Shown: positions 20,555 to 31,719, counted from the stretch's first letter. The stretch: 64,000 nucleotides of DNA from Desulfatiglandales bacterium (GCA_963662465.1 OY759599.1:4928001-4992000); one strand, 5' to 3'. Notes: generated by a model not told the origin, from the sequence alone. A program made the numbers and translations.

Positions 20555-22459
20555 TCAGGAATTTCCGTCTACGGGGGTCACGATTTCTATTTCCGCTTTC
20601 TTGCGAAGATATTTGATCCAGCCGTCAAAAATGCGTTGGTGTTTCGTCTGGGTCAGCGAAGTGCGATAATTACTTTTCTCTTCCTGAAATTTCTTTTCGT
20701 CGATTCCCTCATTTGCCTCCCATCGAATAACGAAAGCGCCCTTATTGTTCACAAAGGGCTTATCGGCATATGGGTTATCTTTGCCCAATTTAAAAGCCAT
20801 TTCATTTAACGCCGGCGCATTGCCGATGTCGGGTATGGGGTCGCGTCGGGTGAAAAATTCGGTTTCCTGAATCTTCAGGTCTTTTTCCTTTGCGAGAGCT
20901 TGCCAGTTTTTCCCTTCCTTAAGTGCCTTCAGATAACCTTCCGCGGCCGATTTAGCCGCGGCTTCGGCCTCATGAGCAATAAAGTTTTTTTCTACCGCCG
21001 CTTTGACCTCTTTTAGTTCGGGAAGATAGCTGGCTTTGCTTTCAGCGATTTGGAAGATATAAAACTTGCCACCCAGCTCCATAAGACCACTGGTTTCGTT
21101 CTCTTCCAGGGCAAAGAGCGAAGGCCCTAATTTTTCGCTGCCCGCAATGGCGGGTATCGGCTCATTCTTGGCAAAGTGTTCGGATTTTTTTGCCGTAATG
21201 CCGTGCTGATTCCCATAAGCAGGCAAATCCGCATCATAGGGCATCTGATCCAGCAGGGTTAATCCCTTTTCATGGGCCAGTTCCGTAGCGACATTTCCGG
21301 TTAACGTGGCCGCAATCTCCTCTCTGACTTTTTCCAGAGGGGTTGACCCCGCCTCTTTGATGTCCTCCACCAGAATGATGTGATATCCAAACCGGGTTTG
21401 GACCAGGTCGCTGATCTCACCTTTTTTTAGTGCAAAAGCCGCTTCTTCAAAAGGCGTCTCCATCTGTCCCACGCCAAAATAACCCAGATCCCCACCCTGT
21501 GATTTTGAAGGGCCTTCGGAATATTCTTTTGCAAGGCCGGCAAAGTCTTCGCCCTTGCGCGCCTTTTCCAATACACTTAACGCCCGCTTTTTGGCGTCAT
21601 CTTTGACTTCATCAGAATCACCTTGATCAAACTTGAACAGGATGTGTCTTGCCTTAACCTGTTTTGGCTGAGTGTATTCATCGGCGTTGTATTCGTAAAA
21701 GGATTGAATTTCCTTTTCAGTGATTTCAATGCCACCCTCAAAACGCTTGGGATCGATCTCAAGATAGGCCACGCTTATTTTTTCAGGCACCCGGTATTGT
21801 TCTTTGTTTTTCTCAAAGTATTTTTTCAGTTCGGCATCATTGATCTTTACGGATTGCTTAAAACTTCCCGGATCGAATTCAACAAACCCAATTTTGACCT
21901 TTTCGTTGGCAAAGGTGTAATACTCCAGAACTTCCCGGTCGGTGACGTTCAAAAAGGCAAACAAAAACTGCTTGAGTTTTTTATCCAGCAATTCCGATGT
22001 GAAGCCTGTTTCAAAATCTTCCGGCTTCATGTGGTTGTTGCTGAGAAGGGCCTGGTATCGTCTCATGTCAAACTGACCGTTGATCTGAAATGCGGGATAA
22101 GCCATGATCGCTTTCTGAACTTCCGCTTCCGTTACATCAAGCCCCAATTCCTTAGCGGCCTGACTCATGAGCCGTTGGGTGATCAGCGATTCCAACGCCC
22201 TGTTTTTGAGATTAAACATTTTGATCATGTTGTCGTTCCACATGCTCTTATATCTTGATTGAAGCGCCGCCAGCATATCCCGGTAAGCTTTTTCGTACTC
22301 CGGGCCATTGATCAACTCTCCGTTTACATAGGCAATTTTAAGGGCCTGGTCGGATGTAAAGGAATATCCAAAATAGAAAACGAAAACGACGGCAATAATC
22401 GCAATCAAGGCTTTGATCAACCAGGATTTGGCATGTTTTCTCATGAGGCTCAATAACAT
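20555..22459 (-). CDS. ppiD: PpiD/SurA-like periplasmic peptidyl-prolyl isomerase
   Basis: N-terminal TM anchor, SurA_N, parvulin motif ARHIL...[10 protein letters not shown]...GGDLG...TRFGYHII. Confidence 0.88.
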   Translation of the reverse strand: MLLSLMRKHAKSWLIKALIAIIAVVFVFYFGYSFTSDQALKIAYVNGELINGPEYEKAYRDMLAALQSRYKSMWNDNMIKMFNLKNRALESLITQRLMSQAAKELGLDVTEAEVQKAIMAYPAFQINGQFDMRRYQALLSNNHMKPEDFETGFTSELLDKKLKQFLFAFLNVTDREVLEYYTFANEKVKIGFVEFDPGSFKQSVKINDAELKKYFEKNKEQYRVPEKISVAYLEIDPKRFEGGIEITEKEIQSFYEYNADEYTQPKQVKARHILFKFDQGDSDEVKDDAKKRALSVLEKARKGEDFAGLAKEYSEGPSKSQGGDLGYFGVGQMETPFEEAAFALKKGEISDLVQTRFGYHIILVEDIKEAGSTPLEKVREEIAATLTGNVATELAHEKGLTLLDQMPYDADLPAYGNQHGITAKKSEHFAKNEPIPAIAGSEKLGPSLFALEENETSGLMELGGKFYIFQIAESKASYLPELKEVKAAVEKNFIAHEAEAAAKSAAEGYLKALKEGKNWQALAKEKDLKIQETEFFTRRDPIPDIGNAPALNEMAFKLGKDNPYADKPFVNNKGAFVIRWEANEGIDEKKFQEEKSNYRTSLTQTKHQRIFDGWIKYLRKKAEIEIVTPVDGNS

Positions 22460-22741
22460 TCAGCACTTCCTCCCATTGTCATTTCCCATAATTGTGCCAT
22501 CAAGCACAATGGTCCATTTCTACAGAATCCGCGAAACTAGCACGATTTTTAAAAGAAGTCTATGACAATCTTCAGGAACTAGAGACCTCACCCGCAGGAT
22601 CGCCATGTTTATCGAAATCGCCTTGTCAAAGGCATTTTCGTGTGGTAATAGTTCGGAAAAGAGCGGTGTTGCATAGATGGTTGAAATTCGGCGTCTTACT
22701 CCCTTCCAGGCGCTTACCTCGAATGTCAGGGTGTTTTTATT

Positions 22742-23062
22742 ATGATGACAAAAGAATACTGGAGCATCACGGAGGTGGTGGAGTTTCTTCAGGTTGACGA
22801 GGCGTTCCTGCGCAATCTGGAAGAAGAAGATATTGTGTGCCCTTCTTGTAGCGAAGGGCTTTCGGACAAATTGTTTTCCGCCGATGAGTTGGAAAATGTG
22901 CGGTTCGCAAAAATCCTGATAAAGGAAATGGATGTCAATCTGGCCGGTGTTGAGGTGGCGTTGCAAATGCGCAAAAGCATGATCGCCATGCGAAAACAGT
23001 TCGACGCCATTCTGGAAGACCTGGCCCGGGAAGTGGAAGAAAAGCTGAAACGCCTTTCCTGA
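22742..23062 (+). CDS. Chaperone modulator CbpM / MerR-like HTH protein
   Basis: FSADELENVRFAKILIKEMDVNLAGVEVALQMR; adjacent to DnaJ. Confidence 0.75.
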   Translation: MMTKEYWSITEVVEFLQVDEAFLRNLEEEDIVCPSCSEGLSDKLFSADELENVRFAKILIKEMDVNLAGVEVALQMRKSMIAMRKQFDAILEDLAREVEEKLKRLS

Positions 23063-23071
23063 TTGACAACA

Positions 23072-24205
23072 TCATATCCTGATGGCGCTTCTAACGTCTT
23101 CCCCGTACATTCCATCCATTTTTTGGACTGCCGCAAGGATTTCCGGGTCATCCGTCTGAGGGACTTTAACCACCAGTTTGACCATGAGATTGCCTCTTGT
23201 TTTGGTCTTAAGGTTGGTAGCCCCCTTACCCTTCAATCGGAGAACTTTTCCGGTCTGGCTGCCGGCGGGCACCTTCATTTTGATTGGTCCGTCCACTGTC
23301 GGAACGTCGATGGCGCCGCCCGCCATGGCTTCTCTTACGGTGATGGGAATATCCATATGGAGGTCATCGCCCGTTCTCGTTAAAAAAGGATGGGGTTTCA
23401 GGTGAATGATCAGGTAAAGATCACCAGGTCCGCCCCCATTGGAACCGGGTTCGCCTTTTCCCGCAATGCGCACCTTGGAGCCCTCCTTGACGCCCTTGGG
23501 GACGACAATCCGTATTTTTTCAGTTCCCAGAACCTGGCCGGAGCCGCCGCATGCGGCGCAGGGTTTTCCGATTTGGCCATGGCCCTGGCAATGAGGGCAG
23601 GGCTTGGTAAAATGCATGGGACCCTCCGCCACATCCAATCTGCCGGAGCCGCCGCAATAGGAACAGGTACTCAGGGTGGAATGGGGATCCTTCCCAGACC
23701 CGCCACAGATATCGCAGGTCTTGGCTTTCTGCATGCTCAGCTCCGTTTCAAAACCTCTCAGCGCCGAGATAAGGTCAATGGTCATGTCATGCTGAAGATC
23801 CCGCCCGCGCATCGGCGCCTGGGTTCGGAAACCGCCTGATCCCATGCCGGCGCCGAAAATATCTCCGAAAATATCTTCATAGCTCTGGTATCGGCCAAAC
23901 CCTTCGCTGCCCGCACGCTGCCGGCCCTCCTGGAATCCGCCCCACTGTGAATGTTGCCTGGCTTTTTCGGCGTCAAATCCGGATTGAAGGCCATCCCTTC
24001 CAAATTCATCGTAAAGCGCTCTTTTCTCTTTATTGCCGAGACAGTCGTAAGCCTGGGATATTTCCTTGAATTTTTTTTCCGCTTCAGTATTGCCCGGATT
24101 GATGTCAGGATGCCATTTTCGGGCCAGTTTACGATAAGCCTTCTTGATTTTTTCCTGGGAATCATCCTTGGAAGCCCCAAGGATCTTATAGAAATCTGTT
24201 TCCAT
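23072..24205 (-). CDS. dnaJ: DnaJ-family chaperone
   Basis: J domain with HPD, G/F-rich region, four CxxCxGxG motifs, GDLY C-terminal domain. Confidence 0.9.
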   Translation of the reverse strand: METDFYKILGASKDDSQEKIKKAYRKLARKWHPDINPGNTEAEKKFKEISQAYDCLGNKEKRALYDEFGRDGLQSGFDAEKARQHSQWGGFQEGRQRAGSEGFGRYQSYEDIFGDIFGAGMGSGGFRTQAPMRGRDLQHDMTIDLISALRGFETELSMQKAKTCDICGGSGKDPHSTLSTCSYCGGSGRLDVAEGPMHFTKPCPHCQGHGQIGKPCAACGGSGQVLGTEKIRIVVPKGVKEGSKVRIAGKGEPGSNGGGPGDLYLIIHLKPHPFLTRTGDDLHMDIPITVREAMAGGAIDVPTVDGPIKMKVPAGSQTGKVLRLKGKGATNLKTKTRGNLMVKLVVKVPQTDDPEILAAVQKMDGMYGEDVRSAIRI

Positions 24206-24332
24206 GGCACGGTCCCGCTCAGAATTAAAAATTGAAGATTATTGTGTATGAAAAAATATTTTGGTACTGTATATACTGAAATTTCGCCGTAATTGCCACT
24301 GATTTTTCATGCAGCCATATTTTAGGGTTTAA

Positions 24333-24392
24333 GTAAAGGGCGAACCTGTGTATTCGCCCTTTACCTGGGCAGACACACAGGTCTGCCCCTAC
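24333..24392. repeat. Doublet of REP-like palindromes (REPIN-like)
   Basis: GTAAAGGGCGAACCTGTGTATTCGCCCTTTAC then GGGCAGACACACAGGTCTGCCCCTAC, the exact reverse complement of 28127-28152. Confidence 0.8.
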
Positions 24393-24427
24393 TGGATAAA
24401 TGCTTGCCATAAAGGGAATGCAATTTG

Positions 24428-25315
24428 ATGCCGCCAAAATCATTACAAAAGTTTTCCGGCGAGATCGTTACGGAAAATCAATTTAAGGAAATCATAGAAA
24501 TTATAGAGACATTTCCAAACCTTAGTCGAACTGAACTGGCGAATACCTTTTGCGAACTGTTCTCCTGGAAAAGGCCCACCGGAAAGCTGAAGGGCATTGA
24601 GTGCCGTCAATTCCTCGAACGTCTGGAGGCGAAAGGCGTTATCCGTCTTCCCGCATACCAGGCGCCGTCCGGTAAAAAGAATAAAACAAAGATTCCCCGA
24701 AGCAGCGAAACCGATTCACAGGCCGTTATTTCAACAAAGCTGCGGGACCTGAGGCCCATCGTGTTGACAAGGGTTAAAACACTGGCGCAACGGCAGCTTT
24801 GGTACCAATATGTGGACCGGTACCATTATCGGGGATATCAGTTGCCCTTTGGCGCCCAACTTCGGTATTTCATTAAATCCGGAGCAACGGATACGTTGCT
24901 GGGATGTTTTCAGTTTTCCAGCCCTGCCTGGCGGATGATGCCGAGAGACCAGTGGATTTCCTGGAACGACGAGCAGCGCCAACGCAACCTGCAAAAGATT
25001 GTGAACAACAGCCGGTTTCTGATATTTCCCTGGGTCCAGGTGAAAAACCTTGCCAGCGCAACCCTGACCCTGGCCGCGCGAACCGTTCCCGATGACTGGG
25101 AGGATTGCTATGGTCTCCGGCCGGTCTTAATGGAAACACTGGTGGATGAAAAACGGTTCACGGGCGCTTGCTATAAAGCCGCCAATTGGTCCTATGTAGG
25201 CAAAACAACCGGCCGCGGGCGGATGGACGAGGGGATTATTCGTGATGGCATGGCCATCAAGTCGATCTATCTATACCCCCTTTCAGACGGTTTTCGGGAC
25301 GAACTGGTTAAATAA
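24428..25315 (+). CDS. DUF4338 (DruA-like) domain protein
   Basis: YVDRYHYRGY, FSSPAW, RDQWISW, NNSRFLIFPWVQVKNLAS, ETLVD, GACYKAANW..GKTTGRG. Confidence 0.8.
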   Translation: MPPKSLQKFSGEIVTENQFKEIIEIIETFPNLSRTELANTFCELFSWKRPTGKLKGIECRQFLERLEAKGVIRLPAYQAPSGKKNKTKIPRSSETDSQAVISTKLRDLRPIVLTRVKTLAQRQLWYQYVDRYHYRGYQLPFGAQLRYFIKSGATDTLLGCFQFSSPAWRMMPRDQWISWNDEQRQRNLQKIVNNSRFLIFPWVQVKNLASATLTLAARTVPDDWEDCYGLRPVLMETLVDEKRFTGACYKAANWSYVGKTTGRGRMDEGIIRDGMAIKSIYLYPLSDGFRDELVK

Positions 25316-25373
25316 ATGACTTGACTCAGTGATGAACCGTACTAATATTGGGCCTGCTTTGCCATGAAAAGAC

Positions 25374-25403
25374 AGCTGTTAGCTGTTAGCCGTTAGCTGT
25401 TAG
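25374..25403. repeat. Heptamer tandem repeat (AGCTGTT)n in arn leader
   Basis: AGCTGTT AGCTGTT AGCCGTT AGCTGTT AG. Confidence 0.85.
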
Positions 25404-25508
25404 TTTGATAGCGGTAGATGTCGTTTTCATGTTGGGGATGGAATGCCCGCGTGATTCATGAGCGTTTACCCTCAGACCTAATCGTCAATTTTACCGGGAG
25501 ATTTTCCC

Positions 25509-25880
25509 ATGACCCGCTATCTCCCCCTGATACTGCTGGGGGTGCTGTTAAATGCCACAGCCCAACTATGCCTGAAACAGGGGATGCGCCAGGTGGGCCA
25601 TTTCGCTTTTTCCCTGGAAAACATCCTGCCCATCGGCTTCAAGGTGGCGCTCAACCCATTTGTATTTACGGGGCTGATGTGTTATGTGATCAGCGTGCTG
25701 GTATGGCTGATGGCCCTTTCCAGAGTGGAGGTCAGTTTTGCCTATCCTCTTTTGAGCGTGGGTTATATCGTCACCGCTTTTGCGGGGCAGTTTTTTTTCG
25801 GCGAGGCCCTGGGACCCATGCGTTGGGCCGGGATACTCGTTATTTGCCTCGGTGTTTACCTCATTACCCGGAGTGCCTGA
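25509..25880 (+). CDS. EamA/SMR-type undecaprenyl-P-L-Ara4N flippase subunit (ArnE/ArnF-like)
   Basis: 4 TM, WLMALSRVEVSFAYPLLS; stop overlaps arnB start (TGATG). Confidence 0.8.
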   Translation: MTRYLPLILLGVLLNATAQLCLKQGMRQVGHFAFSLENILPIGFKVALNPFVFTGLMCYVISVLVWLMALSRVEVSFAYPLLSVGYIVTAFAGQFFFGEALGPMRWAGILVICLGVYLITRSA

Positions 25881-27031
25881 TGCGAAAGGATTTTTTGCCG
25901 TTTTCACGACCGTCCATCACGGAAGAAGATATTTTGGCCGTGGGAGAAGTCCTCCGTTCTGGATGGATCACAACCGGTCCCAATGCCGCCGCCTTTGAGC
26001 GTGACTTTTGTGAATATGTGGGGTGCTCCCATGGGGTGGCCCTGGCATCGGCCACCGCCGGCATGCATCTTCTCCTGAAGGCCATGGACATCGGGCCGGG
26101 GGATGAAGTGATTACCCCGTCCATGACATGGGTCTCCACCGTGAATCTGATTGTTCTGGCCGGCGCCGTCCCTGTATTTGCCGACGTTGACCGGGACACC
26201 CTGATGGTTACCCCCGATACGGTAGCCCCCTGTTTTTCATCGAAAACCAGGGCGGTCATTCCCGTGCATTTTGCCGGTGCGGCGGCGGATATACAGGCGT
26301 TACGAAACCAGGCGGCTGAAAAGGGCGTGCCCTTGGTGGAAGATGCGGCCCATGCGCTGGGCACACACCATCAGGGACGTCATGTGGGGGCAACGGGGAC
26401 ATCCATATTCTCTTTTCACCCCATTAAAAACATCACCACCGGCGAGGGAGGCATGTTCTGCACCGACGACAAAACCCTGGCGGAACAAATCAGCCGACTG
26501 AAGTTTCATGGACTCGGCGTGGATGCTTACGACCGGCAAACCCAGGGCCGCTCACCCCAGGCCCAGGTGCTGGAACCGGGATACAAATACAATATGACCG
26601 ACATAGCCGCAGTGCTGGGACTGAGACAGCTTCATCGGGTAAATCAGTTCAACCGCAAAAGAAGCCAGCTGGCCGCCAGATACCATGAATGGCTGGCAGG
26701 CATTGACGAACTCCTGCCCCTCTCCATTCCGCGAGATACCACGCGGCATGCCTGGCACCTGTTTATTGTACGCCTTGACACGAACCGGGCCGGCATGAAC
26801 CGGGATGAATTCATGGAACGGCTGAAGGCCAAAAACATCGGCACAGGCCTCCATTTCCGTGCTGCGCACTTGCAGAAATACTACCGGGAATCCATGGGAA
26901 TGGCAAGTGGCGCGCTTCCCAATACCGAATGGAATTCCGACCGGATCTGTTCGCTTCCCCTTTTTCCCGATATGACCTTTGAAGATGTGGACTCCGTGGT
27001 GGAAGCCATCAAGGAACTCCTAACCCATTGA
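25880..27031 (+). CDS. arnB: UDP-4-amino-4-deoxy-L-arabinose aminotransferase
   Basis: [54 protein letters not shown]. Confidence 0.93.
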   Translation: MRKDFLPFSRPSITEEDILAVGEVLRSGWITTGPNAAAFERDFCEYVGCSHGVALASATAGMHLLLKAMDIGPGDEVITPSMTWVSTVNLIVLAGAVPVFADVDRDTLMVTPDTVAPCFSSKTRAVIPVHFAGAAADIQALRNQAAEKGVPLVEDAAHALGTHHQGRHVGATGTSIFSFHPIKNITTGEGGMFCTDDKTLAEQISRLKFHGLGVDAYDRQTQGRSPQAQVLEPGYKYNMTDIAAVLGLRQLHRVNQFNRKRSQLAARYHEWLAGIDELLPLSIPRDTTRHAWHLFIVRLDTNRAGMNRDEFMERLKAKNIGTGLHFRAAHLQKYYRESMGMASGALPNTEWNSDRICSLPLFPDMTFEDVDSVVEAIKELLTH

Positions 27032-27074
27032 TTCAGTAAGGACCGGCCCCCGTGCCTGCCCATTAGAAACCATT

Positions 27075-28130
27075 ATGGAAAATCAACAATCAACAATCAA
27101 CAATCAACAATCAAAGGTTTCCATTGTCATTCCCGTGTTCAACGAATCGGCAAACCTGAGCGAACTTCTCGTCCGTTGTCTTACGACCTGCAACCGGATG
27201 GACAGGGCCTTTGAAATTATTCTGGTGGATGACGGCAGTACGGATGGAAGCCGGGAAATGATTGAAGCGGCTGCAAACCAAACCCCCGGCATTATTATCG
27301 GGCTCCTTCTGAACCGGAATTACGGTCAACATTCCGCCATTATGGCCGGATTTGCACAGGCCGGGGGGGACATCATCGTTACCCTGGATGCGGATCTTCA
27401 GAACCCGCCCGAAGAAATCGTCAAACTGGTGCAAAAGGCCGAAGAAGGGTTCGATGTGGTGGGAAGCGTTCGCGTTCCCCGGCGGGACACTTTCTTCAGA
27501 AGGGCGGCGTCCCATATGGTCAACAAGGTGGTTCAGATGTCCACCGGCGTTCATATGCACGATTACGGGTGTATGCTGAGGGCCTATCGCCGTCATATTG
27601 TGTCAGCCATGCTTCAGTGCGGAGAGCGGAGCACCTTTATTCCCGTGCTGGCCAACAGCTTTGCCGGGCATACGGCCGAAGTGGATGTTCAGCATGCCGA
27701 GCGTTCCGCCGGGGATTCCAAATATAGTCTCTGGAAGCTCATCAACCTCCAGTTTGACCTGTTGACCGGCATGACCACCTTTCCCCTTCGCCTGCTGAAT
27801 GTTCTGGGCGTCGTTATTTCCGCCTTTGGCGTGGGATTCGGCCTCTTTTTGTTTCTGATGCGACTGATTTATGGCGCCGAATGGGCCGCGGCAGGGGTAT
27901 TTACCCTCTTTGCCATCCTGTTTATTTTTATCGGCGCCCAATTTCTGGCCATGGGCCTGCTGGGGGAATATATCGGGCGGATCTACAGCGATGTGCGGGC
28001 CCGTCCGCGGTATTTTATCGAGCGGGTCGTGGGAACCAACCCCCATGTCACTGAGGACAGAGGTCTGAAGACAGAGGTCAGAGGTCTGAGGTCAGAAATC
28101 GGAAATCGGGGATCGGAAATCGGAACGTAG
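27075..28130 (+). CDS. arnC: Undecaprenyl-phosphate 4-deoxy-4-formamido-L-arabinose transferase
   Basis: [49 protein letters not shown]. Confidence 0.92.
   Translation: MENQQSTINNQQSKVSIVIPVFNESANLSELLVRCLTTCNRMDRAFEIILVDDGSTDGSREMIEAAANQTPGIIIGLLLNRNYGQHSAIMAGFAQAGGDIIVTLDADLQNPPEEIVKLVQKAEEGFDVVGSVRVPRRDTFFRRAASHMVNKVVQMSTGVHMHDYGCMLRAYRRHIVSAMLQCGERSTFIPVLANSFAGHTAEVDVQHAERSAGDSKYSLWKLINLQFDLLTGMTTFPLRLLNVLGVVISAFGVGFGLFLFLMRLIYGAEWAAAGVFTLFAILFIFIGAQFLAMGLLGEYIGRIYSDVRARPRYFIERVVGTNPHVTEDRGLKTEVRGLRSEIGNRGSEIGT
27081..27114. repeat. Perfect heptamer SSR (AATCAAC)x4+ just after the arnC start codon
   Basis: AATCAAC x4 + AATCAA, translated as [12 protein letters not shown]. Confidence 0.9.
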
Positions 28131-28153
28131 GGGCAGACCTGTGTGTCTGCCCT
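28053..28153. repeat. Heptamer array at arnC 3' end followed by a GTAG REP palindrome
   Basis: GAGGTCA/GAGGTCT/GAAATCG units (~10) then GTAGGGGCAGACCTGTGTGTCTGCCC. Confidence 0.85.
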
Positions 28154-28190
28154 TTGGCCCTGTACCCGCTTATTATATAAGGACATATTT

Positions 28191-30215
28191 ATGAAAACAA
28201 TAGTTCTGGCCTATCACAATATCGGCTGTACCGGCATCAAGGCGCTTTTGCGGAACGGTTTTGACATTGCAGCCGTGTTTACCCACAAGGATGATCCAAA
28301 GGAGGATATCTGGTTTGAGTCCGTGGCCGAACTGGCGGCACGGGAAAATATTCCGGTGTATGCCCCGGAAGATATCAACCATCCCCTCTGGGTTCAAAAG
28401 ATTCGTGATCTCGCCCCCCGGATGATATTTTCATTTTATTATCGGAACCTGGTGCGTACCCCCATTCTGGATATCCCCAGCCAGGGATGTCTGAACCTTC
28501 ATGGAAGCCTGCTGCCAAAATATCGGGGGAAATGCCCCATCAACTGGGTGCTGGTCAACGGTGAAAAGGAGACGGGGGTTACCCTTCATCACATGACCAC
28601 CCGGCCCGATGACGGCGATATCGTAGGGCAAATCAAAATCGAAATCGATGAAGATGATACGGCCCACTCTCTTCACAGCAAAGCGGCAACGGCGGCGGCG
28701 GAAATGCTGGATGAGATTCTTCCTGAATTGCGGACCGGCAAGGCCCCGAGAATTCCCCAGGAGCAGTCCCTAGCATCCTACTTCGGTGGACGCACCCCCG
28801 CTGACGGGGAGATTGACTGGGACATGCCCGCGTTCAAAGTCAGGAACCTGGTGCGAGCCGTGACACGCCCTTTTCCGGGGGCCTTCAGCCATATGGGTGA
28901 TCGAAAATGCTTTTTCTGGGCTGTAACGGAGGTCTCACGGGAAGAAGAGGCCAAACCGGGTACGGTACTTTCGCTGGATCCCCTGGTGGTTGCCTGCGGA
29001 AAAGGCGCTCTTAAACTTGAGGCCGGCCAGCGGGATGGAGACGTGTTCATGGGTGGCGCCCAACTGGCAGCCGATATGGGTCTTGTAGAAGGCATGAGTT
29101 TTGGAAAACGGGCCGGCGACCGAATCAGGTCTTCCAGAAAGAAACGGGTGCTGATTCTAGGGGTGGACGGCTTCATCGGGAATGCTCTGAGCGAGCGTCT
29201 GCTGGAAAGCGGGCGGTATGAAGTGCATGGAATGGATCTGCATTCCAAGTACATTCAGCGCCTTTTGGGCAGCCCCGGTTTTTATTTCGATGAGGGGGAC
29301 ATTTCCATCCACAGAGAGTGGATCGAATACCATATTCGAAAGTGCGACATCGTTCTTCCCCTGGTGGCCATTGCCACCCCCATCGAATATACGCGGAACC
29401 CGCTTCGTGTGTTTGAGCTGGATTTTGAAGAAAACCTGCGGGTGGTACGGTACTGCGTCAAATATGACAAACGGGTTATTTTTCCCTCCACCTCCGAAGT
29501 CTACGGCATGTGCGACGACATGGATTTTGACGAGGATAACTCCAGGTTGATCCTGGGGCCCATTCGCATGCAGCGATGGATCTATTCCTGCTGCAAGCAG
29601 TTGCTGGACCGGGTCATCTGGGCCTATGGTCAGCAGAAAGGGCTGAAATTCACTCTTTTCAGACCCTTCAACTGGATCGGTCCCCGGCTGGACAGTCTCA
29701 TGTCCGCCCGCATCGGTAGTTCCAGAGCCATTACCCAGCTGATTTTAAATCTGGTTGAGGGGACCCCCATACAACTGGTGGATGGCGGAAACCAGAAAAG
29801 ATGTTTTACGGACGTCACGGACGGGGTGGAATGCCTGTACCGGATTATCGAAAACAAGGGAAACTTTTGCGATGGTCGGATCATCAACATCGGAAACCCC
29901 GACAATGAGGCCAGCATTCGCGCTTTGGCGGAACTCCTGGTGTCCAAATTCAACCAGCACCCGCTGAAAGGACGATTCCCGCCCTTTGCCGGATTGCGGG
30001 AGGTGGAGAGCCGCGCCTATTACGGCGAGGGATACCAGGATATGGAACACCGAAAGCCCAGCATCCGCAATGCCAAACGCTTGTTGGACTGGGAACCTTC
30101 CGTACCCCTCGAGGCATCCGTTGCAGAAACTCTGGATTATTTTCTACGGGAGGCGATCCGTTCCGGGGATTTTGATATCATTGGGGATAATAATAACAGC
30201 AATCAGGATCTGTAG
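28191..30215 (+). CDS. arnA: Bifunctional UDP-GlcA decarboxylase / UDP-L-Ara4N formyltransferase
   Basis: [12 protein letters not shown] formyltransferase; [46 protein letters not shown]. Confidence 0.95.
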   Translation: MKTIVLAYHNIGCTGIKALLRNGFDIAAVFTHKDDPKEDIWFESVAELAARENIPVYAPEDINHPLWVQKIRDLAPRMIFSFYYRNLVRTPILDIPSQGCLNLHGSLLPKYRGKCPINWVLVNGEKETGVTLHHMTTRPDDGDIVGQIKIEIDEDDTAHSLHSKAATAAAEMLDEILPELRTGKAPRIPQEQSLASYFGGRTPADGEIDWDMPAFKVRNLVRAVTRPFPGAFSHMGDRKCFFWAVTEVSREEEAKPGTVLSLDPLVVACGKGALKLEAGQRDGDVFMGGAQLAADMGLVEGMSFGKRAGDRIRSSRKKRVLILGVDGFIGNALSERLLESGRYEVHGMDLHSKYIQRLLGSPGFYFDEGDISIHREWIEYHIRKCDIVLPLVAIATPIEYTRNPLRVFELDFEENLRVVRYCVKYDKRVIFPSTSEVYGMCDDMDFDEDNSRLILGPIRMQRWIYSCCKQLLDRVIWAYGQQKGLKFTLFRPFNWIGPRLDSLMSARIGSSRAITQLILNLVEGTPIQLVDGGNQKRCFTDVTDGVECLYRIIENKGNFCDGRIINIGNPDNEASIRALAELLVSKFNQHPLKGRFPPFAGLREVESRAYYGEGYQDMEHRKPSIRNAKRLLDWEPSVPLEASVAETLDYFLREAIRSGDFDIIGDNNNSNQDL

Positions 30216-30236
30216 GGTTTAGATCGGTTGGGTTCA

Positions 30237-31136
30237 ATGGAAATCGGCCTGCGTATTGACGTGGATACTTTGAGAGGAACACGCTTTGGGGTTCCCGCCC
30301 TGTGCAGCCTTCTGTTGAAACACGGCGTTTTCGCGTCATTTTTCTTTTCCGTGGGACCGGATAACATGGGCCGTCACCTGTGGCGGTTGATGCGGCCGGG
30401 TTTTTTGTGGAAAATGCTGAGAACCAAGGCCCCCGGACTCTACGGGTGGGATATCCTTTTGCGGGGGACCGCCTGGCCGGGACCGGTAATCGGTCGAAAG
30501 CTGCCCCACCTGATTGCCGCAACCGCCCGTGCCGGTCATGAAGTAGGGCTTCACGCGTGGGATCATCATGCCTGGCAGGCAAAGATCGACATGATGACGG
30601 TCGGGGATATTTCACATTCCCTGAACCGGGGGGTTGACGCCCTGACCCGAATCCTGGGGAAAATGCCGCTCTGTTCCGCCGTTCCCGGATGGAAATGCCG
30701 GGACCGGGTCCTCCTTAAAAAGGCCGATTTCCCTTTTGCCTACAATAGCGACTGCCGGGGGCGGAGTATCTTCTATCCGGTGGTGACGGGAAAAACCCTT
30801 TCTCAGCCCCAGATTCCCGTGACCCTGCCCACCTATGATGAGGCGGTTGGCCGGGGGGGGATCGACGATGGCAATTTCAATGAGTATATACTGTCGCTTA
30901 TCAACGACGCCCGACTGAATGTCCTGACCATCCATGCCGAGGTGGAGGGGATTAAATATCTGGATATGTTCGACCGTTTTCTAAAATCCGCCCGATCCAT
31001 GGGCGCAGACCTGGTTCCTTTAGGGTCATTGCTGAACAGCACCCACCCCATTGAAACAGCCGCCATCAAGCCCCGGGAGATTTCCGGCCGCGAGGGTTGG
31101 GTTGCCTGCCAGGAATCTTGGGATGGCGCCTGCTAA
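30237..31136 (+). CDS. arnD: 4-deoxy-4-formamido-L-arabinose-phosphoundecaprenol deformylase
   Basis: GLRIDVDT.RGTR, FFSVGPDNMGRHLWR, HAWDHH, YNSDCRG, TIHAEVEG. Confidence 0.93.
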   Translation: MEIGLRIDVDTLRGTRFGVPALCSLLLKHGVFASFFFSVGPDNMGRHLWRLMRPGFLWKMLRTKAPGLYGWDILLRGTAWPGPVIGRKLPHLIAATARAGHEVGLHAWDHHAWQAKIDMMTVGDISHSLNRGVDALTRILGKMPLCSAVPGWKCRDRVLLKKADFPFAYNSDCRGRSIFYPVVTGKTLSQPQIPVTLPTYDEAVGRGGIDDGNFNEYILSLINDARLNVLTIHAEVEGIKYLDMFDRFLKSARSMGADLVPLGSLLNSTHPIETAAIKPREISGREGWVACQESWDGAC

Positions 31137-31151
31137 CCCATGAAAATGGCA

Positions 31152-31598
31152 TTAATCCCATCCAACAGGTTCATATCCCTTTTCGCTTAAGCATTTGTTG
31201 ACGAAAATTTTATAGGCAGCGCTGGGTTCCGAGGCCCTGAAAAGTCCGTAAAACAAACCCACTGCCGCGCCGCTGGCCGCACCCGTTGCAACACCGCCTC
31301 CCACATTGCCGGAAATAGCGCCCCCAACCACGCCGCCGACCGCGCCCGCCGCTGCTCCGCCCGCTGTACTTTTGACAACCTTATCGCCCTGTTGGGGGGT
31401 TACACCGTATTCTTCAGCCATTTCCATGCATTTCCGGATATCGGCATCGGCCTGTTCCCTGCCCACATTTACCAAATAACCATTGGGATAAAGTACCGGT
31501 TTTTGAGAACACCCCGGCAAAAGGCCGAAAAGGGCGACCATCAGCAACGCGGCTTTCAACATGAATTTATTAAATGATAATGGATTCGAATGCATCAT
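31152..31598 (-). CDS. Glycine-zipper lipoprotein
   Basis: Lipobox LPGC, GAAAGAVGGVVGGA repeats, CLSEKGY. Confidence 0.8.
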   Translation of the reverse strand: MMHSNPLSFNKFMLKAALLMVALFGLLPGCSQKPVLYPNGYLVNVGREQADADIRKCMEMAEEYGVTPQQGDKVVKSTAGGAAAGAVGGVVGGAISGNVGGGVATGAASGAAVGLFYGLFRASEPSAAYKIFVNKCLSEKGYEPVGWD

Positions 31599-31660
31599 TT
31601 TTTCGTACTCCTTTCTATCACCTGGAAAATGTCTCAGACCGCTCTCTTGGTGTCAAGTGT

Positions 31661-31698
31661 CACAAAAAAGGGGTTGCAATTGCAACCCCTTTTTTGTG
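31661..31698. terminator. Perfect palindrome, likely terminator of the thiolase operon
   Basis: CACAAAAAAGGGGTTGCAATTGCAACCCCTTTTTTGTG. Confidence 0.8.
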
Positions 31699-31719
31699 CT
31701 GTAAATTTAAAATGAACGG

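Noticed and set aside
22742..24205. Convergent rather than operonic cbpM/dnaJ arrangement as an inversion
   Set aside because: No flanking inverted repeats or recombinase seen; not enough evidence.
25418..25879. Long N-terminal extension of ArnB in the ORF track
   Set aside because: It overlaps the flippase gene in another frame; the true start is ATG 25880.
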